Below are positions 9,280 to 18,809 of a DNA stretch of 64,000 nt, in pieces; position 1 is the stretch's first letter, and each line of letters opens with the position of its first letter. Below the pieces are notes generated by a model. It made no database searches, was not told the DNA's origin, and saw only the letters and a program-made list of their open reading frames with translations. The stretch lies in assembly GCA_038874215.1 (NCBI GenBank), contig JAVZCV010000002.1:32001-96000 (forward strand), given 5' to 3'. The DNA comes from Candidatus Micrarchaeia archaeon. Its GTDB lineage: Archaea > Micrarchaeota > Micrarchaeia > Burarchaeales > JAVZCV01. A program made the translations under genes and the position numbers.

Positions 9280-10568
9280 ACTGTATAACTCTCAAGGTTT
9301 GCTGGGACCACAACGTCATACCCATACTTCTCAAGACTCTCTTTAAGCTCGTATGGCTTTCTTTCATCTCCATGGACTATGAAGATTTTCTTGAGACCCC
9401 GTATACTCCTCGCGAAACTTACGAGCCCCTGCCTATCTGCGTGTGCGCTGAGCTCAAACTTTACAACCTCCATATTAACATTGATTTCATCCCCCCCGAT
9501 AATCACCCTCCTCTCCCCATCAAGCAGTTTCCTACCCAATGTTCCCTTTGCCTGATACCCCACAAGAGCGAGCGTGTTTTTCGGGTCCGCTGCGAGCGCT
9601 TTCAGATACCCCACAACAGGCCCCCCTGTGAGCATACCAGAACTTGCGACTATTATCCCTCCTTCCCCAAGCACGTCGCTCCTATCTTTTGTTTTGGGCA
9701 TCCTGAAAAATCTACTTTTGAAAGGATCATCGTCGCTCATGAGAATGCGGAGTTGTATCTCCCTCCGCGCGTATATCACGTTTTGCCTATATATCCTGTT
9801 TGCCTTTATTATCATCCCATCAACCCATATAGGCACCTTTTTTATTACCCCAGAACGCATGTAGCTTTCAAGAGTTATGAGAACCTCTTGCCCCCTCCCA
9901 ACCGCGAAAGATGGTATTAAGACTACTCCGCCCCTGCTTATAGTCCTGTTTATAGTTTCACAAAGTTTTGCAAATTCACTTTTTGCGGGAGGATGTTTAT
10001 CCTCAAAACCGCCATATGTGCTTTCAATTATCAGCGTATCCGCGCGTATACCAGTCTCAGCACCTTCAATGAGCCTTGAACCCTTAATCTCTATATCTGA
10101 AGTGTATAGGATGTTCTTATCCGCACTGAGCTTTATCATAGCCCCTCCAAGGATATGCCCAGACCTGCGGAATTCTGTTTTTATGCCCCCCCCAAACTTA
10201 GCGCCGTATTCCACGATCGCACAGCGGCGCATAACTTCTTCTATCTCCTTATCAGAAACTGCCTCCGGGTTTATTCTTCTATAATCAGCAAGAAGCAGAT
10301 GCATGAGATCCCGCGTAGGCTTTGTTGCATATATGCTCGCTTTGCAGCCTCTCCTCATGAGCATAGGTAGATAGCCCGCATGGTCTATATGGGCATGACT
10401 GACCACAACCCTCCGCGTTCTTTTTATAAGCCCATCGTCCAGAAGAGGATACTCTTCTCTCTCCCCCAACTTTATCCCACAGTCAAGCATAACCGCTGTT
10501 CTCTTTTCTTCTGCAAGGATGCAGCTTCTGCCTACTTCGCCCGCACCGCCTAAAAACGTGAGTTTCAT
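9276..10568 (-). CDS. Beta-CASP metallo-beta-lactamase ribonuclease (aCPSF family, no KH domains)
   Basis: LGGAGEVGRSC, SHAHIDH, GHILG, ESTYG, GRGQE, SAHAD and VHG motifs. Confidence 0.92.
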   Translation of the reverse strand: MKLTFLGGAGEVGRSCILAEEKRTAVMLDCGIKLGEREEYPLLDDGLIKRTRRVVVSHAHIDHAGYLPMLMRRGCKASIYATKPTRDLMHLLLADYRRINPEAVSDKEIEEVMRRCAIVEYGAKFGGGIKTEFRRSGHILGGAMIKLSADKNILYTSDIEIKGSRLIEGAETGIRADTLIIESTYGGFEDKHPPAKSEFAKLCETINRTISRGGVVLIPSFAVGRGQEVLITLESYMRSGVIKKVPIWVDGMIIKANRIYRQNVIYARREIQLRILMSDDDPFKSRFFRMPKTKDRSDVLGEGGIIVASSGMLTGGPVVGYLKALAADPKNTLALVGYQAKGTLGRKLLDGERRVIIGGDEINVNMEVVKFELSAHADRQGLVSFARSIRGLKKIFIVHGDERKPYELKESLEKYGYDVVVPANLESYTV

Positions 10569-10618
10569 GCTCGTTTTTCTGTGCTCATCTTTATAAACCG
10601 TCAAGCATTATTCCTATC

Positions 10619-11251
10619 GTGGCAATCATAGATATCCCAAAAATCCCGCTCATTAAGGGAAACGGGAAGAAAGCACCCCGAGAGTGCGGCAAAAAAGAGG
10701 ACGAGCCACTGAAAAAAGTTGAGCGCATACTAAAAATCTACAAAGCAATAATAAGCCGTTACCGCGAGATGATAGAGGAGAAGGAAAAAAAGACAATACC
10801 AGAGCTCAAGATGCTCATCCAACCAGAAAATCCTGCGGTACTCTCTATATGCAACTCTATAAAAGCGAATTTCAGGCCCTATATATACAAAGAGCATTTT
10901 TTAAAAGCGGCCGAACTCTGCCATGACTTTGTGAAGGAGGAGATAGCGAACGAAGTTCTTCCCGTAGACTTCTGGATGAGGCCAGAAGAAATTCTTGAAA
11001 TAGGTGCTGCTGACGAAGTTGATAAGGCGATATTCCTCTGCTCCCTCCTGATAGCACTTGAGAACAAGAGCGCAAAGGTCCTTATTGAATCGGCCGAAGC
11101 AAAGCGTGCATTCGTAATTTTTGAGTTTGGTGGTGATTTTTACCTCATTGACCCAGTCCGTGGCGAAATTAAAAAAGGAAAACACGAGGATTTTGCAAAG
11201 AGCGGTTCATACGAATTCAACAACCAGGAATACAACGAACTCAGCGATTGA
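10619..11251 (+). CDS. Transglutaminase-like fold protein, apparently lacking the catalytic Cys
   Basis: DFWMRPEEIL..GAADEVDKAIFLCSLL resembles the 'W..P.ETL...GDCED.AILL.SLL' motif. Confidence 0.6.
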   Translation: MAIIDIPKIPLIKGNGKKAPRECGKKEDEPLKKVERILKIYKAIISRYREMIEEKEKKTIPELKMLIQPENPAVLSICNSIKANFRPYIYKEHFLKAAELCHDFVKEEIANEVLPVDFWMRPEEILEIGAADEVDKAIFLCSLLIALENKSAKVLIESAEAKRAFVIFEFGGDFYLIDPVRGEIKKGKHEDFAKSGSYEFNNQEYNELSD

Positions 11252-11282
11252 AATATATACTTTTCTGTAAAAAAATTATCCC

Positions 11283-11459
11283 ATGTTTCGGTTAAATGAA
11301 AATAGGTGCATGTACTGCGGTTCATGTGTTGGCGTATGCCCGCAGCTTGCTCTCGTTCTTGACGAAGTGAAAATAAGGCATGATGCCAAAAGATGCATAG
11401 AATGTGGCATATGCATGCGCGCATGTCCGCTTTCAGCTATAACCGTGAAAAAAGAGTGA
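11283..11459 (+). CDS. 2[4Fe-4S] ferredoxin (not in ORF track)
   Basis: Manual translation MFRLNENRCMYCGSCVGVCP...CIECGICMRACP; two CxxCxxCxxxCP motifs. Confidence 0.93.
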   Translation: MFRLNENRCMYCGSCVGVCPQLALVLDEVKIRHDAKRCIECGICMRACPLSAITVKKE

Positions 11460-11463
11460 TAGC

Positions 11464-12669
11464 ATGCGCACATACGACATCGCAGTGGTCGGCGCTGGTC
11501 CTGCTGGTTCCTCTGCAGCAAGGGTTGCGGCAGAGGCGGGCGCAAAAGTAATCCTTATTGAGAGAAAAAAGGAGATAGGCAACCCAGTGCGCTGTGGGGA
11601 AGGAATAGGGAAGCACTGGCTTGATGAGATAGGTCTAAAAGTCCCTCCACGCGCGATATGTGCTGAGCTGAACGGCGCTATCCTTTTCGGCCCGAATATG
11701 AAATCAATAAAGATAAAAACAGACGAGACGAAGGGCTATGTTCTTGATAGGAATGTTTTTGATAGGGAGCTTGCGATTGATGCTGCAAGGGTGGGCGCAG
11801 AGATATTGGTGAAGGCGCAGGTTGTTGATATAGAAGGGAATACGCTCAAAGTCGCCCACATGGGGGAAAAGAATGAGATAAAGGCAAGTGTGATAATCGC
11901 GGCTGATGGTGGCGAGTCTGTCATTGCAAGGAAAGTTGGAATAAACTCTACCGCAACGCTTTACGATACAGACTTCGGGGTTGAGTACGAGATGGCGAAT
12001 GTTGAGTGCACGGACCTGATAGAAATATACTTCGGCAGAAGCGTTGCACCGCGCGGATACGTCTGGGTCTTTCCAAAAGGAAAAGACGTTGCGAACGTTG
12101 GTGTTGGTATCGGTGGCTTAGAACAACCAAACGCGATAAGCTACCTTGAAAAGTTCATAAAAGGCCATCCCGATAGGTTTAAGGATGCGCAGCCCGTTGC
12201 AGTCAAGGCTGGCGTAATACCTGTGGGTGCTCCTCTTGAAACTTTTGTCAAAGGCAATGTTATGGTTGTTGGTACAGCTGCACATCAGGTTGACCCGATA
12301 CACGGCGGCGGCATATGCCTTGCCATAGATGCAGGGCTGATGGCAGGCAAGGTTGCCGCAAAATGCATAAATGAAAAAAAGGTTAGCGAGTCTTCCTTAA
12401 AAGAATACGAGAAGATATGGAGAAGCAAAAGGGAAAGCAAGCATATGAAGAGGCTTGCACTAAGGAAGGCTGTTGAAAAGCTTGATGACGATGACTTCAA
12501 TGTTATATTCTCTTCTTTAGATGAGAATGATCTAGACCTTCTGTTGAAGGGAAACTACGCACCCGTGGTCCAGAAGGTGCTATTGAGAAGACCGCAACTC
12601 CTAAAAATACTCTCCCCACTTTCACAGTATGGTGCTGGGGAACTGATAAAGGCATTCAAGGATTGGTAG
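11464..12669 (+). CDS. Geranylgeranyl reductase (DGGGPL reductase family)
   Basis: GAGPAG, PVRCGEG, GYVWVFPKG, ANVGVG and VDPIHGGGI motifs. Confidence 0.9.
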   Translation: MRTYDIAVVGAGPAGSSAARVAAEAGAKVILIERKKEIGNPVRCGEGIGKHWLDEIGLKVPPRAICAELNGAILFGPNMKSIKIKTDETKGYVLDRNVFDRELAIDAARVGAEILVKAQVVDIEGNTLKVAHMGEKNEIKASVIIAADGGESVIARKVGINSTATLYDTDFGVEYEMANVECTDLIEIYFGRSVAPRGYVWVFPKGKDVANVGVGIGGLEQPNAISYLEKFIKGHPDRFKDAQPVAVKAGVIPVGAPLETFVKGNVMVVGTAAHQVDPIHGGGICLAIDAGLMAGKVAAKCINEKKVSESSLKEYEKIWRSKRESKHMKRLALRKAVEKLDDDDFNVIFSSLDENDLDLLLKGNYAPVVQKVLLRRPQLLKILSPLSQYGAGELIKAFKDW

Positions 12670-12676
12670 TGGTCCT

Positions 12677-12850
12677 ATGAATGAGTACACAAAATATGAA
12701 AAGGCAAGGTTGATAGGTGCAAGGGCATTGCAGATCGCGTTGGGGGCACCGCCGCTCATAGACTTGTCAGAGGGTTTAACGGACGCAGTGGCAATAGCGA
12801 TGAAGGAGTTTGAAAAAGGCGTCATACCCCTCGCCGTGATGAGGGAATAA
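12677..12850 (+). CDS. rpoK: RNA polymerase subunit K/Rpo6 (not in ORF track)
   Basis: Manual translation MNEYTKYEKARLIGARALQIALGAP...IAMKEFEKGVIPL. Confidence 0.95.
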   Translation: MNEYTKYEKARLIGARALQIALGAPPLIDLSEGLTDAVAIAMKEFEKGVIPLAVMRE

Positions 12851-12962
12851 CGGTGCTTTTACGAGGCACTACTACTCTGTTCTTGAAAACAAAGAGCAGG
12901 CGAACTACCTGAAATCAAAAATCAAACCTGTTCTTGAGGAGAAGATAAGAAAAGCAAGAAAA

Positions 12963-13751
12963 ATGATTGAAAGCTGCGTTTTTTGTGAGCGCAAATGCAG
13001 AGCAAACAGACTTCACGAGAGAGGCTTCTGCGGCGTTTCTTATGATGCACGCGTCTCATCCGCTTTCATCCATATGGGTGAGGAGAGCATGCTAATTCCG
13101 TCAGGCACGATATTCTTCTCCGGTTGTAATTTTAGGTGCTGCTTCTGCCAGAATTACGACATAAGCCAAAACCCAAGCGCAGGTAGGGTGTGGACTGCTG
13201 AAGAAATCGCATCGTGGATTGAAAACATAAAAGCGAAAAACATAAACCTCGTAGGCGGCGAGCCAACGCCCAACCTCCACATCATCCTTGATGCACTTGC
13301 CCTTTGCAAAAGAAACATTCCAATAATATGGAACTCAAACATGTACATGTCTTTGGAGGCGATGGAACTCCTGAATGGAATCGTTGATTTATACCTCGCC
13401 GATTTCAAATACGGCAACAGCAAATGTGCTGAGAGGCTTTCATCGGCTCCCAACTACTTTGAGATCGTATCAAGAAACCACCTAATCGCACAAGAACAGT
13501 GCGATGTTCTCATACGGCATCTCGTCCTGCCTGGTCATTTAGAGTGCTGTTCTAGACCAACACTGAGATGGATCGTTGAAAACATGGATCCAGAAAAAAC
13601 ACACGTAAACATAATGAGGCAGTACAGGCCAGTTTACAAGGCGCATATGCACAAAGAAATAGACCGCCTTCTCTCGGGCGACGAGTACTGGTCTGTTGTA
13701 GAATATGCTGAGAGGCTTGGGCTTGAGAACTACGAAATACAAGGGTTATGA
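12963..13751 (+). CDS. PflX-like radical SAM protein (true start uncertain)
   Basis: CVFCERKCRANR...GFCG, SGTIFFSGCNFRCCFCQN, GGEPTP and IRHLVLPGH motifs. Confidence 0.88.
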   Translation: MIESCVFCERKCRANRLHERGFCGVSYDARVSSAFIHMGEESMLIPSGTIFFSGCNFRCCFCQNYDISQNPSAGRVWTAEEIASWIENIKAKNINLVGGEPTPNLHIILDALALCKRNIPIIWNSNMYMSLEAMELLNGIVDLYLADFKYGNSKCAERLSSAPNYFEIVSRNHLIAQEQCDVLIRHLVLPGHLECCSRPTLRWIVENMDPEKTHVNIMRQYRPVYKAHMHKEIDRLLSGDEYWSVVEYAERLGLENYEIQGL

Positions 13752-14459
13752 CTACGTGAAGGGTGCCTCTATCAGCACAATGCTTACATACTCATTTCTT
13801 CTTTCCAAAACAAGTCGGCTTTCCTTGTCTATGATGGCTTTTTCTGTCCTCGCACCGCCACGAGCGGTATTCATCGTTATTCTCACATCGTATGCACTCC
13901 GTCCTTTGAAAGTAATCTCTGTCGCTCCGTAGTCCACCACATCAACAAGCTCATTACCCAGCCTTTCATATTTTGTGGTGATGTTCACCTGCCAACGCCA
14001 TCCGTCATCAACGGCAAGCATCCATTCCTGAAAAAAATCAAGGCTTGTGTTTATAGGGACACCGCCAACATTTACGCCATCATATTTGCCATCCTCATAG
14101 ACACATGCCCAGAAGCTTACATTCTGCCCTTCACCCGTTAGCTTCCCGCTTATGGGAGTGCAAATACCCTTATCTAAAACATCAAACTCAACCCTGCTAC
14201 TGCTGTTCAGCACCCTCATCTCGTAGGCATAATGTCCTTTTGGGGGCGAAAACTTCGCAACTTTTTTAAGAGGCGCCATTTTTACCTCCATTTTTATTTC
14301 TTTTGAATAATCATACGGAAAAAGCAGGAAATACCCTACCGTTACTGCGATAAGGAGAAAAACGAAAATTGCCGGTATAAGAAGATCACGCCAGCCTATG
14401 CGGGAGAGTATTCCCTCCCTCTTCTTTTCTCCAGCTGGCTTTTCTACCTCCCCCATCAA
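13752..14459 (-). CDS. Hypothetical membrane-anchored protein
   Basis: Single N-terminal TM helix; overlaps the stop codon of the upstream gene. Confidence 0.65.
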   Translation of the reverse strand: MMGEVEKPAGEKKREGILSRIGWRDLLIPAIFVFLLIAVTVGYFLLFPYDYSKEIKMEVKMAPLKKVAKFSPPKGHYAYEMRVLNSSSRVEFDVLDKGICTPISGKLTGEGQNVSFWACVYEDGKYDGVNVGGVPINTSLDFFQEWMLAVDDGWRWQVNITTKYERLGNELVDVVDYGATEITFKGRSAYDVRITMNTARGGARTEKAIIDKESRLVLERRNEYVSIVLIEAPFT

Positions 14460-14995
14460 ATCCCTTTTGAAACAACAGGCGATTGCATCTTTTGTTTATT
14501 TATGAATTCCATAAGCGCAGGGGTGAGCATGACGCTGAAGAGGCAGTTGGACAGAAGATGCATGAGGGTGAAAGGAACTTGCGCCAAAGCCACATATTGC
14601 ATGTATCCAAGTAAACCGAAAGAAGCCGCAAATGCCACCATTGTTATAACATCATAAACGACCGTAAGGGTAATGGCAATAACAACCAGCTCCACACTTT
14701 TTCTAAAAGGCTTCGGCATGAATAGCCCATACAAGCCCGCCAAAAAGCCAACCACCCCATAAGCGATACTCGTATAAACCGTCCACGGCCCAATCCAGAG
14801 AAGATTGACATCATAGAGCGCCCTTATCGCAAGCCCACCTACAAAGCCCCCCATCGGGCCATATGCAAAGGCAACACTCAAAACGAAAGGCATGAGCATC
14901 TCAAAATTGGGCGGCGCTCCCGCAAATTTTAAGACTACGCCAAGAAATGCGCCAAAGAAAACAATACCCGCAGCCGATATTGCCCCCCTGTCCAT
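14456..14995 (-). CDS. ECF transporter S-component-like membrane protein
   Basis: PPNFE....FVL..A.AYGP.GGF, GPWT and H..SN pattern; 5-6 TM segments. Confidence 0.7.
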   Translation of the reverse strand: MDRGAISAAGIVFFGAFLGVVLKFAGAPPNFEMLMPFVLSVAFAYGPMGGFVGGLAIRALYDVNLLWIGPWTVYTSIAYGVVGFLAGLYGLFMPKPFRKSVELVVIAITLTVVYDVITMVAFAASFGLLGYMQYVALAQVPFTLMHLLSNCLFSVMLTPALMEFINKQKMQSPVVSKGI

Positions 14996-15054
14996 GCATC
15001 CCTATTATGCATTCGCATATTTAAAATCTACCCAATATATCCAACCGTGGTTCA

Positions 15055-15447
15055 ATGGGCTTCAAAATATCGCCTGCACCCGACGTAGAGGAAATGGCGA
15101 AGTCAATCGTAACAGTTCTTCCAGAATTTTCACATATAAACAACAGCCGTGTTTTCTATGTGCGGAGCACGGGCTCAAAAGCACGCGCATACGCAAGAAT
15201 ATGGGAACTTCCTTCAATATGGCAGAATGTCCTTAGCATAGGGCCGTACTACATAATTGAAGTCCTCTCACAGAATTTTGACAAACTGCCTGCTGAAGAA
15301 AAAACAAAAGTGATAATACACGAGCTTCTTCACATTCCCAAAACATTCAGCGGCTCAATAAAGCCCCATAGATGCTTCAAAGATAGGATAGACAGGAAAA
15401 TCGTCAATAGGCTTTATGAAAAATACGTTGCGCTACTTTCACAGTGA
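15055..15447 (+). CDS. Putative zinc metallopeptidase
   Basis: AYARIW and IIHELLHIP (HExxH) motifs. Confidence 0.8.
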   Translation: MGFKISPAPDVEEMAKSIVTVLPEFSHINNSRVFYVRSTGSKARAYARIWELPSIWQNVLSIGPYYIIEVLSQNFDKLPAEEKTKVIIHELLHIPKTFSGSIKPHRCFKDRIDRKIVNRLYEKYVALLSQ

Positions 15448-15449
15448 AT

Positions 15450-16193
15450 TCACCTAAGTCGCTCAAAGCTCTCTGTTTCGTATACCTGTTCGTTTGGATA
15501 TATCGCGATGCCTTTTTCAGTAAACCTCATAGGGCATATTCTCTGCTCAAAATTCGTGCCCCTTAACTTTATCACTTCAAGCGCCCTCTGCCTTACATTT
15601 CCCTTCCGAAGATTATACAGATATATGAGACCATCCGTAAGCGTTTCCACCCCAAAGCGTGCGCGGGGTTGGCCCGCTTTGGTAGTGCTTTCAGAGGTCA
15701 TCACAATAGTGCAATTCCACCTCCTCAATTTTCCAAGAAGCCTAACGAGCTCCTCCCTCCTTCTGTGTTCTGTCTCATAAAGTAGAGCAAGGGATGTTAC
15801 CGAGTCTATCGCTACCCTTCTAACGCCGTGCTCGTCTATCGCATCCTTAATGAGTGTCTCCTGGTTTACGAACCTATCAACTTCCTGTGGCGGATACTCA
15901 TAAAAAAGCAACTTCTTCTGCTTTTCAAGCTCATGAAGGTTCCACCCATAGCCTTTAAGGTTGTCAAAAAGGTAATCCCTCTCTTCCTCAAAAGATACGT
16001 AGAGGCCTGGCTCGTTGTATCTTGTTATGCCCGCCCATATGAACTGCATGGCAAACGTTGTTTTGCCGCAACCACTATCCCCCGTAATCGTTATTATGCT
16101 ACCTCTCTTGAAGCCCCCACTTATTATTTCGTCAAGCCCAGGTATCCCTGTTTTTACCCTCTCATCACCCACCATCATACCACCTATCCTCAT
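15450..16193 (-). CDS. KaiC/RAD55-like RecA-superfamily ATPase
   Basis: TGIPGLD, GDSGCGKT, YVSFEE, IDS and ALEVIKLRG motifs. Confidence 0.9.
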   Translation of the reverse strand: MRIGGMMVGDERVKTGIPGLDEIISGGFKRGSIITITGDSGCGKTTFAMQFIWAGITRYNEPGLYVSFEEERDYLFDNLKGYGWNLHELEKQKKLLFYEYPPQEVDRFVNQETLIKDAIDEHGVRRVAIDSVTSLALLYETEHRRREELVRLLGKLRRWNCTIVMTSESTTKAGQPRARFGVETLTDGLIYLYNLRKGNVRQRALEVIKLRGTNFEQRICPMRFTEKGIAIYPNEQVYETESFERLR

Positions 16194-16263
16194 TCGGATA
16201 AACAGATATAAAAATGTTGGGAAACCGCCGCATCACAATAAGCAATTTCATAATGCACATAAA

Positions 16264-17202
16264 CTAATCCAACAATGCATCAACGAACCACTCAGGGTTG
16301 AATTCAACAAGCGCATCATACTCCTGACCCGTGCCAATGTATGCGATGGGGAATCCAGCATCGCAAACAGACAAAATAGTGCCTCCTTTTACATCGCAGT
16401 CTATCTTCGTCAGTATGGCGGCATCAACCCCCACCGCCTTATCAAGCTCCTTTATCTGGCTCACTACCGCATTACCAGCCAATGCTTCCCCAACAAAAAT
16501 TTTTAGGTCTGGTTTTGCCACGCGGGCTATCTTCCTCATTTCCTCAAGCAAGTTTCTGTTTGTTTCCTGCCTGCCCGCTGTATCTATAAGAACTACATCT
16601 ATCCCGCGTGCCTTCGCTCTCTCTATAGCATCAAATGCTATGGCGGCAGGGTCAGAGCCATAGCTATGCCTTATTATGCCTACACCAAGCCTCCTGCCAT
16701 GCTCCTCTATCTGCTCTATCGCCGCCGCCCTAAAAGTATCCGAAGCCGCTATTATGCACCTATAACCCTTTCGGCCGAGCATATACGCAAATTTTGCTAT
16801 CGTTGTTGTTTTTCCAGCGCCGTTCGGTCCGATAAAAAGAATTACATACGGGCTTTTTTCTATCCTCAGCTCATATTTTTTCGTAATGGAAAGGAGAGAG
16901 TTTCTCACGACTTCCTGGACAAACTCCCTTATCGTGTTTTTCTCAACACGCTTTCCAACCAACCCCTCCTTTATTATTCCCGTTATCCTCTCTGCTGTTT
17001 CATGGGCAACATCTGCCTCAAGCAGTGAGAGCATAAGTTTTTCCAAGTAGGTTGCAACATCCCTTTCTTTTATCTCTACCTCTTTGCTTAATATGCTCGT
17101 AAGTTTTGTTTGCATACTTAACTCTAACTCTATCTCCTTTTCTTCTGCTTTTACGAAGGAGCTAGCGAACTCTGCTATCCTGCTCTTCAGAATTTCGAAC
17201 AT
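16264..17202 (-). CDS. ftsY: SRP receptor FtsY
   Basis: GPNGAGKTTTIAK, DTFRAAA, DTAGR and TKID motifs. Confidence 0.96.
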   Translation of the reverse strand: MFEILKSRIAEFASSFVKAEEKEIELELSMQTKLTSILSKEVEIKERDVATYLEKLMLSLLEADVAHETAERITGIIKEGLVGKRVEKNTIREFVQEVVRNSLLSITKKYELRIEKSPYVILFIGPNGAGKTTTIAKFAYMLGRKGYRCIIAASDTFRAAAIEQIEEHGRRLGVGIIRHSYGSDPAAIAFDAIERAKARGIDVVLIDTAGRQETNRNLLEEMRKIARVAKPDLKIFVGEALAGNAVVSQIKELDKAVGVDAAILTKIDCDVKGGTILSVCDAGFPIAYIGTGQEYDALVEFNPEWFVDALLD

Positions 17203-17614
17203 CCTTCATCTTCTCTAAAAGCTTTCTTGTACTTCTATCTATCTCCTGTAATCTGCCAGCCGTCTCCGCCATTCTCTTTTCTATCATATCCTGCATTTCC
17301 TCAAGCTCCTTCTTCTTCTTAACCAAGAACTCCTCTGTTTCCTCCTTCGTCTTTGCAACAATAACATTTGCGCCAACATTGACGAGGAACGAGTTTGCAT
17401 CAACATCGCTGACCTTCACGTATACCCCTGAACCCATATGGAAAAGATTTTTTTTAGACCCAAGCTTCCTCAACGCCTCCACGCTCCCCTCTATCTCTGC
17501 AATCTTCATGGATACGGCACTAAGCTGCCTCCTTAATACCTCACCCTGTTGCTGATATGCCTGTGCTTCATAAGCAAGCCTGGAAAGCTCCTCTTCATCG
17601 GACGTTTTTTCCAA
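17162..17614 (-). CDS. pfdA: Prefoldin subunit alpha
   Basis: Coiled-coil/GSGVYV/VNVGANV/coiled-coil layout; conserved position before ftsY; TTG start after GGGGTGA. Confidence 0.88.
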   Translation of the reverse strand: MEKTSDEEELSRLAYEAQAYQQQGEVLRRQLSAVSMKIAEIEGSVEALRKLGSKKNLFHMGSGVYVKVSDVDANSFLVNVGANVIVAKTKEETEEFLVKKKKELEEMQDMIEKRMAETAGRLQEIDRSTRKLLEKMKDVRNSEEQDSRVR

Positions 17615-17618
17615 CTGC

Positions 17619-17798
17619 TCACCCCCTAGCTCTTTCCACACCCTCTATTTTTATCATGCTCCTTTTCAACCTGCTTCTACTTCCCATCTCTGCAAGCGCA
17701 ACATCAACAGCATGCTTCTCATTCTTTGCATCAACTACGATATTAAACTCCCTCTTTTTTCCCATCTTGCTCATTCTACCGATTATTCTGAATTTCAT
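17619..17798 (-). CDS. rpl18a: 50S ribosomal protein L18Ae/LX (not in ORF track)
   Basis: Manual translation MKFRIIG...FNIVVDAKNEKHAVD.ALAEMGSRSRLKRSMIKIEGVE. Confidence 0.88.
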   Translation of the reverse strand: MKFRIIGRMSKMGKKREFNIVVDAKNEKHAVDVALAEMGSRSRLKRSMIKIEGVERARG

Positions 17799-17808
17799 AG
17801 TATCCCCC

Positions 17809-18135
17809 TCATAGTATTGGCGTGCCTGCCTTCACATCTTTATCTACTGTTACCAATGATATTATGCCTTCCGCATCACTTACTGCTGCGAGTAGCATGC
17901 CCTCAGAAAGTACGCCTCGCACATTTCTCGGCTCTAAGTTTTTAACGAGTATTATCTTTTTTCCTATCAGTTCGTCTGGCGTGTAGTGCTTTGCTATGCC
18001 CGCAACTATCTGCCTGCTACTGTTCCCCACATCCAGCGAGAGTTTAAGGAGTTTCTCCGCGCCCACGATTTTTTCCGCACTCTTTATCTCAGCAACTACA
18101 AGTTCAATTTTCTTGAAATCCTCATACGTTGCCAT
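17809..18135 (-). CDS. Stand-alone tRNA-binding OB-fold protein (Trbp111/MetRS C-terminal-like)
   Basis: YEDFKKIEL.VAEI, RQIVAGI and NLEPR.VRGVLSEGMLLAA motifs. Confidence 0.9.
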   Translation of the reverse strand: MATYEDFKKIELVVAEIKSAEKIVGAEKLLKLSLDVGNSSRQIVAGIAKHYTPDELIGKKIILVKNLEPRNVRGVLSEGMLLAAVSDAEGIISLVTVDKDVKAGTPIL

Positions 18136-18146
18136 TCCATCACCTC

Positions 18147-18809
18147 TCATATAAACCCAAGGCACTCGTCTATCCTATGCATTTCAAAGCCGCTCGTTCC
18201 TTCCCCTACAACATAACCCTTTGAGTTTGCTATCATCCCAAGCGCAACAAACGGAATACCCATATTTATTGTTCCTATGCCAGAACGCACACCAAGTATC
18301 CCCTCAACAGCCCTCAATTCCTCATCACTTGCGTTGTTGTGCAATATAGCACCCCTGTTGGTTGCAACACAACAACTGCCAACCGTTTTATACCCCGCTA
18401 TGCTCATCCTCTCCATCTCAACCCCTAGGCAATCGCTTATACCCTTTACTTCGTTGAGGGGTACTGACTGGTTTACTATCCCCCCCTTATCGTTTGCGCA
18501 AATGTTCATGCCCACAGCACAGTATTTTGATTTAATTACATAAACGTTCAGCCCAGTTTTTCTCACCCTATTAATCTCTCCTTTCGTTACAAATGGTGGC
18601 AGTATTATGCCGTTTGAATTCATAACCGCATAAATCCCTATAAGGTCGCTGTTTCCAATACTCATCTGAAACATCTCTGTTCCGAGCGCCTTGCAAGCAT
18701 CTATAAACTTGCGATGGGCGTTTTCGCCGATTATCGTTATCTCATCATTCGTTTCAGCGAAAAGCCCGACTGCATCGTTCCCCCAAACCGACACCTTTCT
18801 AAAATGCAA
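18147..18809 (-). CDS. eif6: Translation initiation factor 6
   Basis: LIGIYAVMNSNGII, ANDKG, VGS..VATNRG, GTIN.G and ANSKG motifs. Confidence 0.94.
   Translation of the reverse strand: MHFRKVSVWGNDAVGLFAETNDEITIIGENAHRKFIDACKALGTEMFQMSIGNSDLIGIYAVMNSNGIILPPFVTKGEINRVRKTGLNVYVIKSKYCAVGMNICANDKGGIVNQSVPLNEVKGISDCLGVEMERMSIAGYKTVGSCCVATNRGAILHNNASDEELRAVEGILGVRSGIGTINMGIPFVALGMIANSKGYVVGEGTSGFEMHRIDECLGFI

Noticed and set aside
11276-11545. Cys/His-rich minus-strand ORFs (also 11140-11424)
   Set aside because: Antisense shadows of the real plus-strand ferredoxin at 11283-11459.
15450-16193. Circadian clock interpretation of the KaiC-like genes
   Set aside because: These are single-domain ATPases, common in archaea, with no kaiA or kaiB nearby.
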